A DNA stretch of 64,000 bases from an uncultured Spirochaetota bacterium. GTDB lineage: Bacteria; Spirochaetota; Spirochaetia; SZUA-6; Fen-1364. This document shows, in pieces, positions 9,443 to 20,888 of the stretch. A model generated the notes under the pieces. It worked only from the letters and a program-made list of their open reading frames with translations, did not search any database and was not told where the DNA came from. The position numbers and the translations under genes were made by a program. Every line of letters starts with the position of its first letter. Within the stretch, counting starts at the first letter, position 1. Where the stretch lies: assembly GCA_963845535.1 (NCBI GenBank), contig CAWJSK010000019.1:256001-320000 (forward strand), in the 5' to 3' direction.

Positions 9443-11662
9443 ATGGCTGAGATCGGACGCACCATCGAGGCGTTGATTCATTTCAATCGCTTGCGCACTC
9501 GAGCGCTCTTCCTTCTGGGCGTCCTCGTCGTCGCAAGCGCCATCCCTTTCTGGCTCCCCTGGCGCGCCCTGGAGGAGTTCCTGCGTGATCCTTCGGGGAT
9601 GAGGATCACGGACCGCCACGGAGCGCTCCTCTCCCTGGTTGCGGGCGCGAACGGGAGCTTCCAGGAAGTGTTCGCCTTCGACGACATTCCGCAGACCTGC
9701 CGCGATCTTTTTGTCCGCCTGGAGGACGAGCGCTTCTTCTCCCACCCCGGCGTGGATCCCCTGGCCGTGGTCCGCGCGTTGGACGCCCTGCTCCTTGGCG
9801 GCCCGCGCTCCGGGGCCTCGACCATCACGATGCAGCTTGCGCGGATCGTCTCCCCCCACCCCCGCAACCTTGCCGGGAAATTGGTGGAGGTCTTTCGCGC
9901 CCTGCAGATCGAGTCGAAGCTGCCCAAGGACCGCATCCTTTCGCTGTACTTGAGCTCGCTGCCATTTGGACGGAACACGCGCGGCGTCGGCGCCGCCGCA
10001 TGGACGTATTTCGGCATGGACCTTGCCGCGCTCAGCCCGTCACAGCTCCTCGTGCTCGGGATCATTCCCAGAAACCCCCGGTATTATGATCCCTTCGACA
10101 ATCCCGAACAGGTCATCCACACCGCCGCTGAAGCATCGCAAACCAAGGGCCTCGGCATCAGCGTGGATGAGATCCGGCGCGCCGTGCTTTCCGTGAGGTC
10201 CGCGAAGCCCCCTGTCCACGCCCCCCACTTTGCGCGGTTTGTCGCCGAGCGCCTGCAGAGAGGGCAGTTGCGCCCGGATCACGGCGAGCTGCGGACCACG
10301 CTGGATGAGACGCTCAATTCCTTCATCCAGGAGAGGGTGCGCTTCTCCCTGGACCGCTACGCTTCCGCACGCGTGACCAACGCCGCCGTCATTGCGATCG
10401 ACAACGCAACCGGGGCGGTCATCGGGTGGGCAGGCTCGCGTGACTTTTCCGACGTCTCCCATTCGGGACAGATCGACGGGGTCCTGATCCGTCGCCAGAG
10501 CGCGTCCACCGTGAAGCCGTTCCTCTACGCCAGCGCGCTGGAAGCCGGCTGGACGGCGGCCACTCTCCTTCCGGACAGCCCGTTGGAGTTCGCCTCCTTC
10601 GCGGATGAGACCTACCGGCCCTCCAATTTCGACAGGAGGAGCCACGGGGTGGTACGCCTCCGCACCGCGCTGGCAAGCTCGCTGAACGTGCCTGCCGTAT
10701 ACACGTTGTCACGCGTCGGTCTTCCCGCTTTCATCCGGCTCCTTTCCGAGCTTGGATTCGCGCTCCCCGCGGACGCACAGTCCCGGTATGGGTTGGGGAT
10801 GGCCATCGGAAACGCAGAGGTCTCCCTGCTCGAGCTTGCCAGGGCTTTCAGCGTTTTTCCGCGCGGCGGGACGCTGCCCGCCCTGCGCATTTCACAGAGC
10901 GAGCCGCGCCGGTCGACCCGCGTCTTTTCCCCGTTCACCGCCTGGCTGATCTGCAACATCCTCTCTGACCCCTCCGCGCGGGCAACGGGGTTCGGGACGC
11001 GGACGTATTTCTCAACCCCTTTCCCGGCGATGTTCAAGTCCGGCACATCGAGTGAGTTTACGAACCTGTGGTGCGTCGGCGCCACGCCGCGCTTCACAGT
11101 CGGCGCCTGGGCCGGCAACTTCGACGGCCGGACGGTGATCAACAAGACGGGAAGCATCGTCCCGACGCAGCTCGTGGTGGACGTGCTGGAGCGGCTGCAG
11201 TCGGGCGCCCCGGCGGAGTTCCCAAGGCCGCCGGGAGTGGTGGAGGCCAGGATCGACACGCTCACGGGGCTTCGCGCAACGGACCGCAGTCCCTCCGTGC
11301 GCACGGAGTACTTCCGGGACGCGGAGCAAGTCCCTGAGCTGGACACTTTCCATGCGGGTTCCGCGACGCGCGATTCTCTTCTCCTGGAAAGCCTGCTCGG
11401 CAGGAAGGAGAAGGTGCGGATCCTCTTTCCCGTGAACGGGCAGGTGTTCTATGAGGACCCGACGCTTCCCTCCTCGGATCAGGGAATCCCGCTCATGGCG
11501 GCTGCGCGGGGGGGAGCAACGATCTCCCTGTTCGTCGACGGCGCCGAAATGGCGCGCGGCGTGCAGGACCCGTCACTGACGCTCCCGCTCGAGCCCGGAC
11601 CCCACGTCGCCGTGGCCCGAACGAGTGACGCTGAGGACAGGGTGCTCTTCGAGGTGAAATGA
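9443..11662 (+). CDS. pbpC: Penicillin-binding protein 1C (transglycosylase/transpeptidase)
   Basis: EDERFFSHPGVD, GASTITMQLAR, SxxK (STVK), SLN, KSGT, C-terminal PBP1C-type Ig domain (ILFPVNG); exact start uncertain. Confidence 0.88.
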   Translation: MAEIGRTIEALIHFNRLRTRALFLLGVLVVASAIPFWLPWRALEEFLRDPSGMRITDRHGALLSLVAGANGSFQEVFAFDDIPQTCRDLFVRLEDERFFSHPGVDPLAVVRALDALLLGGPRSGASTITMQLARIVSPHPRNLAGKLVEVFRALQIESKLPKDRILSLYLSSLPFGRNTRGVGAAAWTYFGMDLAALSPSQLLVLGIIPRNPRYYDPFDNPEQVIHTAAEASQTKGLGISVDEIRRAVLSVRSAKPPVHAPHFARFVAERLQRGQLRPDHGELRTTLDETLNSFIQERVRFSLDRYASARVTNAAVIAIDNATGAVIGWAGSRDFSDVSHSGQIDGVLIRRQSASTVKPFLYASALEAGWTAATLLPDSPLEFASFADETYRPSNFDRRSHGVVRLRTALASSLNVPAVYTLSRVGLPAFIRLLSELGFALPADAQSRYGLGMAIGNAEVSLLELARAFSVFPRGGTLPALRISQSEPRRSTRVFSPFTAWLICNILSDPSARATGFGTRTYFSTPFPAMFKSGTSSEFTNLWCVGATPRFTVGAWAGNFDGRTVINKTGSIVPTQLVVDVLERLQSGAPAEFPRPPGVVEARIDTLTGLRATDRSPSVRTEYFRDAEQVPELDTFHAGSATRDSLLLESLLGRKEKVRILFPVNGQVFYEDPTLPSSDQGIPLMAAARGGATISLFVDGAEMARGVQDPSLTLPLEPGPHVAVARTSDAEDRVLFEVK

Positions 11663-11699
11663 ATTGACCCGCCCTGCGGAAAAAGCCCATGATGGCGGC

Positions 11700-11996
11700 A
11701 TGCCGGAGGGTTTCTTCACGGCCCGGTCCGAGTGCATTTTCCTGCGGGTCAAGGCGAAGCCCGGCGCGCGTGAAGACTCGATCCTTGGCGTGCGCGGAGC
11801 GGAGCTTCTCGTGGCGGTGCGCGTCCCGCCGGAGAAAGGAAAGGCAAACGCAGAGATTGCCCGCGTGCTCGCGAAAGCCCTTGGCGTCTCCCGTGACGAG
11901 GTCATCCTGAAACGCGGGGGCGCGTCGGCTCACAAGGTCTACACGGTCCCGCTCGGCGCGGCCGCTGCTCTGGGAAAGATGGTGCGTGCGGTTTGA
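11700..11996 (+). CDS. DUF167/UPF0235 (YggU-like) protein
   Basis: LRVKAKPGA, VPPEKGKANAEI, G..S.HK motifs; ATG at 11700. Confidence 0.88.
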   Translation: MPEGFFTARSECIFLRVKAKPGAREDSILGVRGAELLVAVRVPPEKGKANAEIARVLAKALGVSRDEVILKRGGASAHKVYTVPLGAAAALGKMVRAV

Positions 11997-13501
11997 GGTG
12001 CCTTGTCGTTGAGGATCCCCGGCTCATCGCTTCCTCATACGCCCGCTACCTGCATGATGAGTCAAGCCTGCGCGCAGGGCTGCCCCGCAGGATCCTTTTT
12101 CCCTCGTCCCTTGACGAGCTTTCCTCGGCGCTCGGCGAACTGTCGGGACGCAGGGAGCCTGTCACCCTCTCAGGCGCCCGGACAGGAATTGTCGGCGGCG
12201 CCGTGGCAGCGGGCGGAGAGGCTCTCCTCTCCCTGGAGCGGTTCGTCTTTCAACCGGAGGTGAGCTTTTCCGAACGCTTCCACGCTTGGACGGTGGAAGC
12301 CGCGCCGGGAATGACCCTGGATGCCTTGCGGGAAACCTTGGGACAGGCCCCCGGCAGCCATATGTTTCCGGTAGACCCCACGGAAGGCGGAGCGAGCCTC
12401 GGCGGAATGGTGGCCACGAACGCAAGCGGCGCGCGCACGCTCCTGTATGGGCCCACTCGCGCCTGGGTGGCCGGCCTCGTGATCGTTCTTGCAAACGGAG
12501 ACGTGGTGAAGCTCACGCGAGGTGGGACGGCGGCCCGTGATGGCGAGGTGCTGGTCAATGGGAGCCGCCTCCGCCTGCCGTCCGTTCGTATTCCGAAAAC
12601 CAAGCACGCCGTGGCATACCATACCGGGCCGGGAGTCGACGCTCTTGACCTTTTCATCGGAGGGGAGGGAACGCTGGCCGTGGTGGCGGGCGTCGAGCTT
12701 CTCCTCACGGATAGCCCGCACGCGGTCTGCGGCGTGGCGGCTTTTCTTCGAGGCGGCCAGGCGGTGGAGGAGCTGGTCGCGGACCTCAAGCGCGACGAGA
12801 TCATCCAACCGAGGGCCCTCGAGTACATGGATTCCCACTCCCTTTCCCTTCTTGCGGCGCTTCGCGCTGAGGTGGGTCCACGCAGCGGGCTGCCCGCGCT
12901 GCCGGCAGATGCGGACGGCCTTCTGTATGTCGAGTGCGCCGCCTCCCGCGACCAGGAAGCCGAACGGCGCCTGTCGCGGATCGGCGACGTTCTTGCGGCT
13001 CACGGGGTTCCCTCGGAACGCACGTGGGCGGCAACCACACGCAACGAGCTGGAGGAGATCCGCGCCATGAGGCACACGCTGCCCGAGCGGATAAACGCAC
13101 TCATCCTTCAGAGACGTGACGATGTTCCCGGGCTCACCAAGGTTGCCGCTGACTGCGCCGTGCCGGGTGAGCGGCTGGCCGAGATGATGGCCGCGTACCG
13201 ATCAGTCCTGGACGAGGCCGGCCTCCAGCGAGCCATCTTCGGTCATATCGGTAACGCGCACCTTCACGTCAACGTTCTTCCGCGCACAACCGACGAGCTG
13301 CGAAGAGCGCGGGAGGCGGTGGCGACCCTGGCGCGGACGGCGGTCCAGTTGGGGGGAAGCGTTTCCGGAGAGCACGGTATTGGCAAGCTGAAAAAAGAGC
13401 TGCTCGGCGTGCAGTACTCAGAACAGGAGCTTGACGGGCTTCGTTCCCTGAAAAGCCAGCTTGACCCCTGCGGAATCCTCAACCCCGGCGTCCTGTGGTA
13501 G
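11993..13501 (+). CDS. FAD-binding oxidoreductase (GlcD / D-lactate dehydrogenase family)
   Basis: GARTGIVGG, DPTEGGASLGGMVATNASG, GGEGTL, FGHIGNAHLH, SGEHGIGK, DP.GILNPG. Confidence 0.9.
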   Translation: MRCLVVEDPRLIASSYARYLHDESSLRAGLPRRILFPSSLDELSSALGELSGRREPVTLSGARTGIVGGAVAAGGEALLSLERFVFQPEVSFSERFHAWTVEAAPGMTLDALRETLGQAPGSHMFPVDPTEGGASLGGMVATNASGARTLLYGPTRAWVAGLVIVLANGDVVKLTRGGTAARDGEVLVNGSRLRLPSVRIPKTKHAVAYHTGPGVDALDLFIGGEGTLAVVAGVELLLTDSPHAVCGVAAFLRGGQAVEELVADLKRDEIIQPRALEYMDSHSLSLLAALRAEVGPRSGLPALPADADGLLYVECAASRDQEAERRLSRIGDVLAAHGVPSERTWAATTRNELEEIRAMRHTLPERINALILQRRDDVPGLTKVAADCAVPGERLAEMMAAYRSVLDEAGLQRAIFGHIGNAHLHVNVLPRTTDELRRAREAVATLARTAVQLGGSVSGEHGIGKLKKELLGVQYSEQELDGLRSLKSQLDPCGILNPGVLW

Positions 13502-13547
13502 TGCCTCACAAATCAGGAGACCCCGCCGCGAACAACAAGGCCATTTG

Positions 13548-13818
13548 CGCTCCTATCGAAAACGCATTTTTCCCAAGTTGCTTGGGGAAAATGCGTTTTC
13601 GATAGGGGCGAGGCGTGCTTTCAGTGGCAACTTGGGGAAAATGCGTTTTCGATAGGGGCGAGGCGTGCTTTCAGTGGCAACTTGGGGAAAATGCGTTTTC
13701 GATAGGAGCGAGGCGTGCATTCAGCGGCAACTTGGGGAAAATGCGTTTTCGATAGGAGTGAGGCGTGCTTTCGCAAGCAACTTGCGAAAAATGCAGTTTC
13801 CATAAGTGTGAGGCGTGA
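13548..13818. repeat. Tandem array of 50-bp units (starts 13581, 13631, 13681, 13731, degenerate 13781) preceded by an inverted partial copy (13548-13580)
   Basis: Unit CTTGGGGAAAATGCGTTTTCGATAGGGGCGAGGCGTGCTTTCAGTGGCAA; units 1 and 2 identical, divergence increases 3'; 13548-13577 is the reverse complement of 13581-13610 with 2 mismatches. Confidence 0.97.
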
Positions 13819-14408
13819 TTGTCTGGGAAAAGACATTGAGTCCTTGATCGGTCTACTCGCAGAACGGAATGGAAAACCTCTGAACGCTGCTGCAATCGGC
13901 AGGCAGTTTGGCTTTTCGCAGACGACAGCAATGGCCTGGGTTAAAGACCTGGCGCACCAAGGGTTTGTTCGCCTGATTCCGTCATTCGAGGCGGTTCGAA
14001 GGCCGCTCCTTTTTTTGCCGGAATCTTTTCTTGGTTCCTGTGTTGAGGCCGTCATTACGACGCTCACTGACGTGGCCCCGGGCAGCCGCTTCTTTTGGTG
14101 GAAAACCGGGAGGGTGCGGCAGATTCCTGTTCTGGCCGAAACCGGTCAGAGGCGGCTTGGATTCTGCTTCTGCGCCTTCAGAGTGCCGCAAAAACGGGAC
14201 TGGTGGCCCTTGCGACTTGCATGTCAGCGTGGCCTGATTCAGCGCGGCTATCTGTTGCACACCGGAAGTCGTGCGTTTGCCGTCAACCCTTCGATTTTCG
14301 GCCTTCCTTTCGCAGCTTTTCTTTCGGAGCCGGAAGACTGGATCAATCACCGGACCACGATAAAGGAGGCTTCAGCGGTGCTGGCTCGCATTAACAGATC
14401 TGCAAGCG

Positions 14409-17000
<2,592 letters not shown>

Positions 17001-17094
17001 CTGTTGGTCTCCGAGGGAAGTTGCCTTTTGCGACAAAGATACGGCATGCGGCCTCTCAGGTCAAATATACCGCGTCGCCCCGTGTTCTCCGCCT

Positions 17095-17123
17095 TTGACA
17101 GCCGGCGAAACCGCTCCTATACT
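17095..17123 (+). promoter_or_regulatory. Near-consensus sigma70 promoter of the GH1 gene (leaderless)
   Basis: TTGACA(17095)-17 bp-TATACT(17118)-7 nt-ATG(17131); no SD. Confidence 0.8.
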
Positions 17124-17130
17124 GGGCGAC

Positions 17131-18486
17131 ATGTCAAACGCGGGCTTTCCCAAGGGCTTTCTCTGGGGAACGGCAACTGCCGCTTACCAGATCGAGGGCG
17201 CTGCCAGGGAGGACGGCAAAGGCGAGTCGATCTGGGACAGGTTTTGTCGGGTCCCGGGAGTGATCCAAAACGGTGATACAGGCGACGTTGCCTGCGACCA
17301 CTACCACCGCTGGCGCGACGACCTGGAAAACATGCGCGATCTCGGCTTGAACGCATACCGGTTTTCCATCTCCTGGCCTCGCGTTCTTCCCTCCGGCAGC
17401 GGCAAGGTAAATGCCAGCGGCCTGGAGTTTTATGAGTCCCTTGTGGATGCTCTCCTCAAGGAGCGCATCGAGCCCGTGGTGACCCTGTATCACTGGGACC
17501 TGCCGCAGCCGCTCCAGGACCACGGCGGTTGGACCAACCACGACACGGCCTACAGGTTTGCCGATTACGCCGAAAAGGTTTTTCTCAAGCTCGGGGACCG
17601 CGTGAAGACCTGGATCACGCTGAACGAGCCCCAGGTGTCCGCGTTCGCGGGCTACGGAGACGGTGTGCATGCCCCCGGCATCAAGGACTTGGGTCAGGCG
17701 GTGCAGGCGTCCCATGTCCTCATGGTGGCCCACGCGCTTGCCGTGGAAGTGTACCGGGAGGCGAGCCCGGCCCGTCACAGGATCGGCGTTACGCTGGACC
17801 TGCACACCATGTATCCCTGGACCGACGGCGCCTCCGACGCGGATGCAACGCGCGTGGCCGACGGCCGCGTCAACCGATGGTTTCTCGACCCGGTGTTCCG
17901 CGGCACGTACCCGAGCGACATCCTTGCGCTCCTGGAAGCGGGCAGGGTGGCCCCTCGGATCGAAGCAAAGGACCTTGCCCTGCTTTCCGCCAATCCCGTT
18001 GACTTCCTCGGAGTGAACTACTACTTCCCGCAGCGTGTGCTGGCCAGTGACGCTGACCCGGTCCTCCACTACGAGTTCGCGGTCCACAAGGACATGGAAA
18101 GAACCCAGATGGGATGGGAGGTTTATCCTGAGGGGTTGTACGACCTGCTCCTCCGCCTGAAGTACGACTATGGAAACCCGAGCACCATGATCACGGAGAA
18201 CGGCGCGGCATATGCTGACACAAACGCCGTGAACGGGCAGGTGCAGGATGACGACAGGATCAGGTATATCCGCGACCACCTGGAACAAGCCCTTCGCGCC
18301 GTCAAGGACGGCGTGAAGCTGGAGGGCTATTTTCTCTGGACCCTCATGGACAACTTCGAGTGGTCGTGGGGATTCAGCCGAAAGTTCGGGATCACGAGCG
18401 TTGACCGCCACACCTTGGGAAGGACCTGGAAGAAAAGCGCCTCCTGGTACCAGAAGGTGGTTGCCACCAACGGCGAGCAGCTCTAG
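17131..18486 (+). CDS. GH1 beta-glucosidase
   Basis: FPKGFLWGTATAAYQIEG, TLNEP acid/base, ITENG nucleophile, DNFEW; real start 17131. Confidence 0.95.
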   Translation: MSNAGFPKGFLWGTATAAYQIEGAAREDGKGESIWDRFCRVPGVIQNGDTGDVACDHYHRWRDDLENMRDLGLNAYRFSISWPRVLPSGSGKVNASGLEFYESLVDALLKERIEPVVTLYHWDLPQPLQDHGGWTNHDTAYRFADYAEKVFLKLGDRVKTWITLNEPQVSAFAGYGDGVHAPGIKDLGQAVQASHVLMVAHALAVEVYREASPARHRIGVTLDLHTMYPWTDGASDADATRVADGRVNRWFLDPVFRGTYPSDILALLEAGRVAPRIEAKDLALLSANPVDFLGVNYYFPQRVLASDADPVLHYEFAVHKDMERTQMGWEVYPEGLYDLLLRLKYDYGNPSTMITENGAAYADTNAVNGQVQDDDRIRYIRDHLEQALRAVKDGVKLEGYFLWTLMDNFEWSWGFSRKFGITSVDRHTLGRTWKKSASWYQKVVATNGEQL

Positions 18487-18505
18487 GCGGGCGGAGGCAG
18501 GGCGG

Positions 18506-19228
18506 TCAGAACGTCCGGTCCCCAAAAGACTCAACCAGATCCTTGACTTCGAGCAGTCCCCTGATGCGAAACGGCTCGCCGTACTTCTTTCCGATCAGGT
18601 GACCGTAGTGGGCCATGCGCGTAAAAAGCAGCTCCATGAAATGCTCGCTCGAGATGAACGTGGGAGGTTCCGTCCCCGAGAAACCGGGGGTATGCACCTG
18701 CGTGCGGTATGCCTCCAAAGCGCGACGCTTGTCCTCGATATGCTCGCTGATGTCGACAACGAAGCTCGGCTCAAACTCCCAGCTCGACATGTAATAGACG
18801 AGCTCGGCCGGCCTGTGCGGTTTCTGCCCGGTGTCCAGCTTCGAAAGCCCGGAGAGGAAAGCAGCGTCCTGAACGATCCGTGAGGCAGCGCCGTGGTCCG
18901 GGTGCCGGTCCTCAGGCCACGGGAGAAGGACGATCCGCGGCTGGTGCTCCCTGATCTGGCGCACCACAACGGTCCGTGCCTGTTCATCCGGGCACAACCG
19001 GCCGTCCGGCAAGGACAGCATCCCATGATGCTTCATGCCCATCACGGCGCTTGCCGTCTCGAACTCGGCTGCCCGGGCTTCCACCGTGCCGCGGGTGCCC
19101 ATCTCTCCCCGCGTGAGGGAGATCACGCCGGTGGCCAGGCCTCGCTTTGCGGCCTTGATCAGGGTGCCCGCGGCGGCCAGCTCCACGTCGTCAGGATGAG
19201 CGCCAAAGGCAAGGATGTCGAGCTTCAC
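18506..19228 (-). CDS. bshB1: Bacillithiol biosynthesis deacetylase BshB1 (PIG-L family)
   Basis: DILAFGAHPDDVEL, GEMGTRG, DRHPDHG, YGEPF; coupled to bshC. Confidence 0.88.
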   Translation of the reverse strand: MKLDILAFGAHPDDVELAAAGTLIKAAKRGLATGVISLTRGEMGTRGTVEARAAEFETASAVMGMKHHGMLSLPDGRLCPDEQARTVVVRQIREHQPRIVLLPWPEDRHPDHGAASRIVQDAAFLSGLSKLDTGQKPHRPAELVYYMSSWEFEPSFVVDISEHIEDKRRALEAYRTQVHTPGFSGTEPPTFISSEHFMELLFTRMAHYGHLIGKKYGEPFRIRGLLEVKDLVESFGDRTF

Positions 19229-20853
19229 GAGTCGATCACGACGCCCCTGTGCTCGGGGGCAAACGGGTCAATGGCTGCCAGCGCCTGGTCCAGCACGCGG
19301 GTGCCATGTCTGGCCAGGAACGGCAAGACCGTCAACGTTCTCTCCTGAAGGCCGCCGCGGGGGGCAAGGGAAGCGGCCATTCTCTCCACCTGGCCGCGAA
19401 GAATCTTGTCTCTTCTGCGGGCGGCCTGCACGATCTTTTTTTCAATGAAGTCGAACTGCCTGTCGCTCCTTGCGGCGGCGAGCTCAGTCGTTTTTTTGAG
19501 CGTCGGGTCAAGGCGGTTCACCTGCTCCACGAGGCCGCCCCAGATCCTGCCCACCTGGTTCCTCCCCTCGGAGAGGTTTTCGACGAGCGCCGGTGGGATC
19601 TCGCGCCTGACGATGTCGTCAATGACCCGCTCTCCGCGCATGATCACCTCTTGAAGGGAGAGGTGATGCTTCTCCATGAGCTTCTGGTGGCGCGATTCGA
19701 CCAGGGTCAGCGACGCCCGCGGGAACAACACGGGCATCGTTATCCCCATGGCCTTGTACGCCAGGGGAAGCTGGGCGAAGTATGCGAGCTCCGACGGCCC
19801 GAGGACCATGGCGAGCGTCGGGAAAAGGGAGTCCTGAAACAGGGGCCGAAGCGCCGCGTTGGGGCTGAACTGCTCCGGGCTCTGCCGCAGGAGCGCCGTA
19901 AGGTCTCCATTAGTGAACCTCCGCGCGGAGGCGCGCAGCTCGAACACGTCGTCACGAACGGCTATGGCCTCCCGCGCGGGATTCTGGAAAAACAGCGTCA
20001 GCATGCCGTCCCGCAGCTCGATCTGCGGGGAGTAGCCTGCGCGCTGAAGGAGTCGGGTCTGTTCCATCATGGCCCGGCTCACCGGGCTTTTCTCGGATAC
20101 CTCCCTCTCGAACAGGGGGAGGGCAATCCGTTTCAACCCCGGCTCGGAAGGATCCACGAGCACGAGCCCCTTTTCGCTGAAAAGAGACGCCATCCAGGCG
20201 CCGAAAGCCGCGGGATAGGTGCGTCCGGGAGCGTACGCGTCACGGAGCGAAGCGAGGATTTCCGCCGTGGAGCCGCCCTCCGGCAGCGCCGCGGAGAGCC
20301 CCTCGAACAGGCCGCTGATCTCCTCCCCGAGCCGGACCTGTGCGACGGGGAGCTTCGAGTCCTCATCCCCCGGCAGCCGCAGCTCGCGAAGCCCGCCGTC
20401 CCGGTCGATGACCGAAGCACGGTCCACCTCCGCCAGGTCGCTGTCCTCTGAGGCGATCCAGAAAACGGGTATCACCGGCTGACGGAGCTGGCTCTCGAGC
20501 TTCGCGGCAAGGGACAGCACGGTAAGCGCCTTGTTGGCGGTGTACAGGGGGCCGCCGAACAGCCCTGCCTGCTGGCCGCCGATCACCACGAGGGAGCGCG
20601 GGTCGGAGAGGCGCGCCACGTTGGCCAACGCGGCGGGGGCCGCCGCGAAGCGTCTGTTCTGCGCCTCGAGCACTGACCGCAATGACTCGCGGTCATAGCG
20701 CCTCTGGGCAAGCTCGTCACGCTGCTGGAGGAACGCTTTCGGGTCGCGAAACCATTTGGGGACGAGGGACAGAAACTTTTGATTCCCCTCCCAGCAGTCC
20801 CGGATCAGGCTGCCTGCCGGGAGCAGCTCGGCCAGGGGAACAGCATGGATCAT
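19225..20853 (-). CDS. bshC: Bacillithiol biosynthesis cysteine-adding enzyme BshC
   Basis: GGQQAGLFGGPLYT..K, PVFWIASED.D, FSPNAALRP, GPSELAYFAQ, LQER; 542 aa. Confidence 0.93.
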   Translation of the reverse strand: MIHAVPLAELLPAGSLIRDCWEGNQKFLSLVPKWFRDPKAFLQQRDELAQRRYDRESLRSVLEAQNRRFAAAPAALANVARLSDPRSLVVIGGQQAGLFGGPLYTANKALTVLSLAAKLESQLRQPVIPVFWIASEDSDLAEVDRASVIDRDGGLRELRLPGDEDSKLPVAQVRLGEEISGLFEGLSAALPEGGSTAEILASLRDAYAPGRTYPAAFGAWMASLFSEKGLVLVDPSEPGLKRIALPLFEREVSEKSPVSRAMMEQTRLLQRAGYSPQIELRDGMLTLFFQNPAREAIAVRDDVFELRASARRFTNGDLTALLRQSPEQFSPNAALRPLFQDSLFPTLAMVLGPSELAYFAQLPLAYKAMGITMPVLFPRASLTLVESRHQKLMEKHHLSLQEVIMRGERVIDDIVRREIPPALVENLSEGRNQVGRIWGGLVEQVNRLDPTLKKTTELAAARSDRQFDFIEKKIVQAARRRDKILRGQVERMAASLAPRGGLQERTLTVLPFLARHGTRVLDQALAAIDPFAPEHRGVVIDS

Positions 20854-20859
20854 GGAAGA

Positions 20860-20888
20860 ATGCTACTACCTCTGGAAGAGCGTGGCAA
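20860..20888 (-). promoter_or_regulatory. Probable leaderless sigma70 promoter of bshC-bshB1, overlapping the fadD 3' end
   Basis: TTGCCA-17 bp-TAGCAT-6 nt-ATG. Confidence 0.55.

Noticed and set aside
13581..13818. CRISPR or other guide-RNA array interpretation of the 50-bp repeats
   Set aside because: No unique spacers (units 1 and 2 are identical throughout) and no cas genes in the window
13461..14067. ORFs 13461-13655, 13621-14067 and 13671-13931 with repeated SYRKRIFPKL peptides
   Set aside because: Translations of a DNA repeat whose 50-bp period is not a multiple of 3; no coding signal
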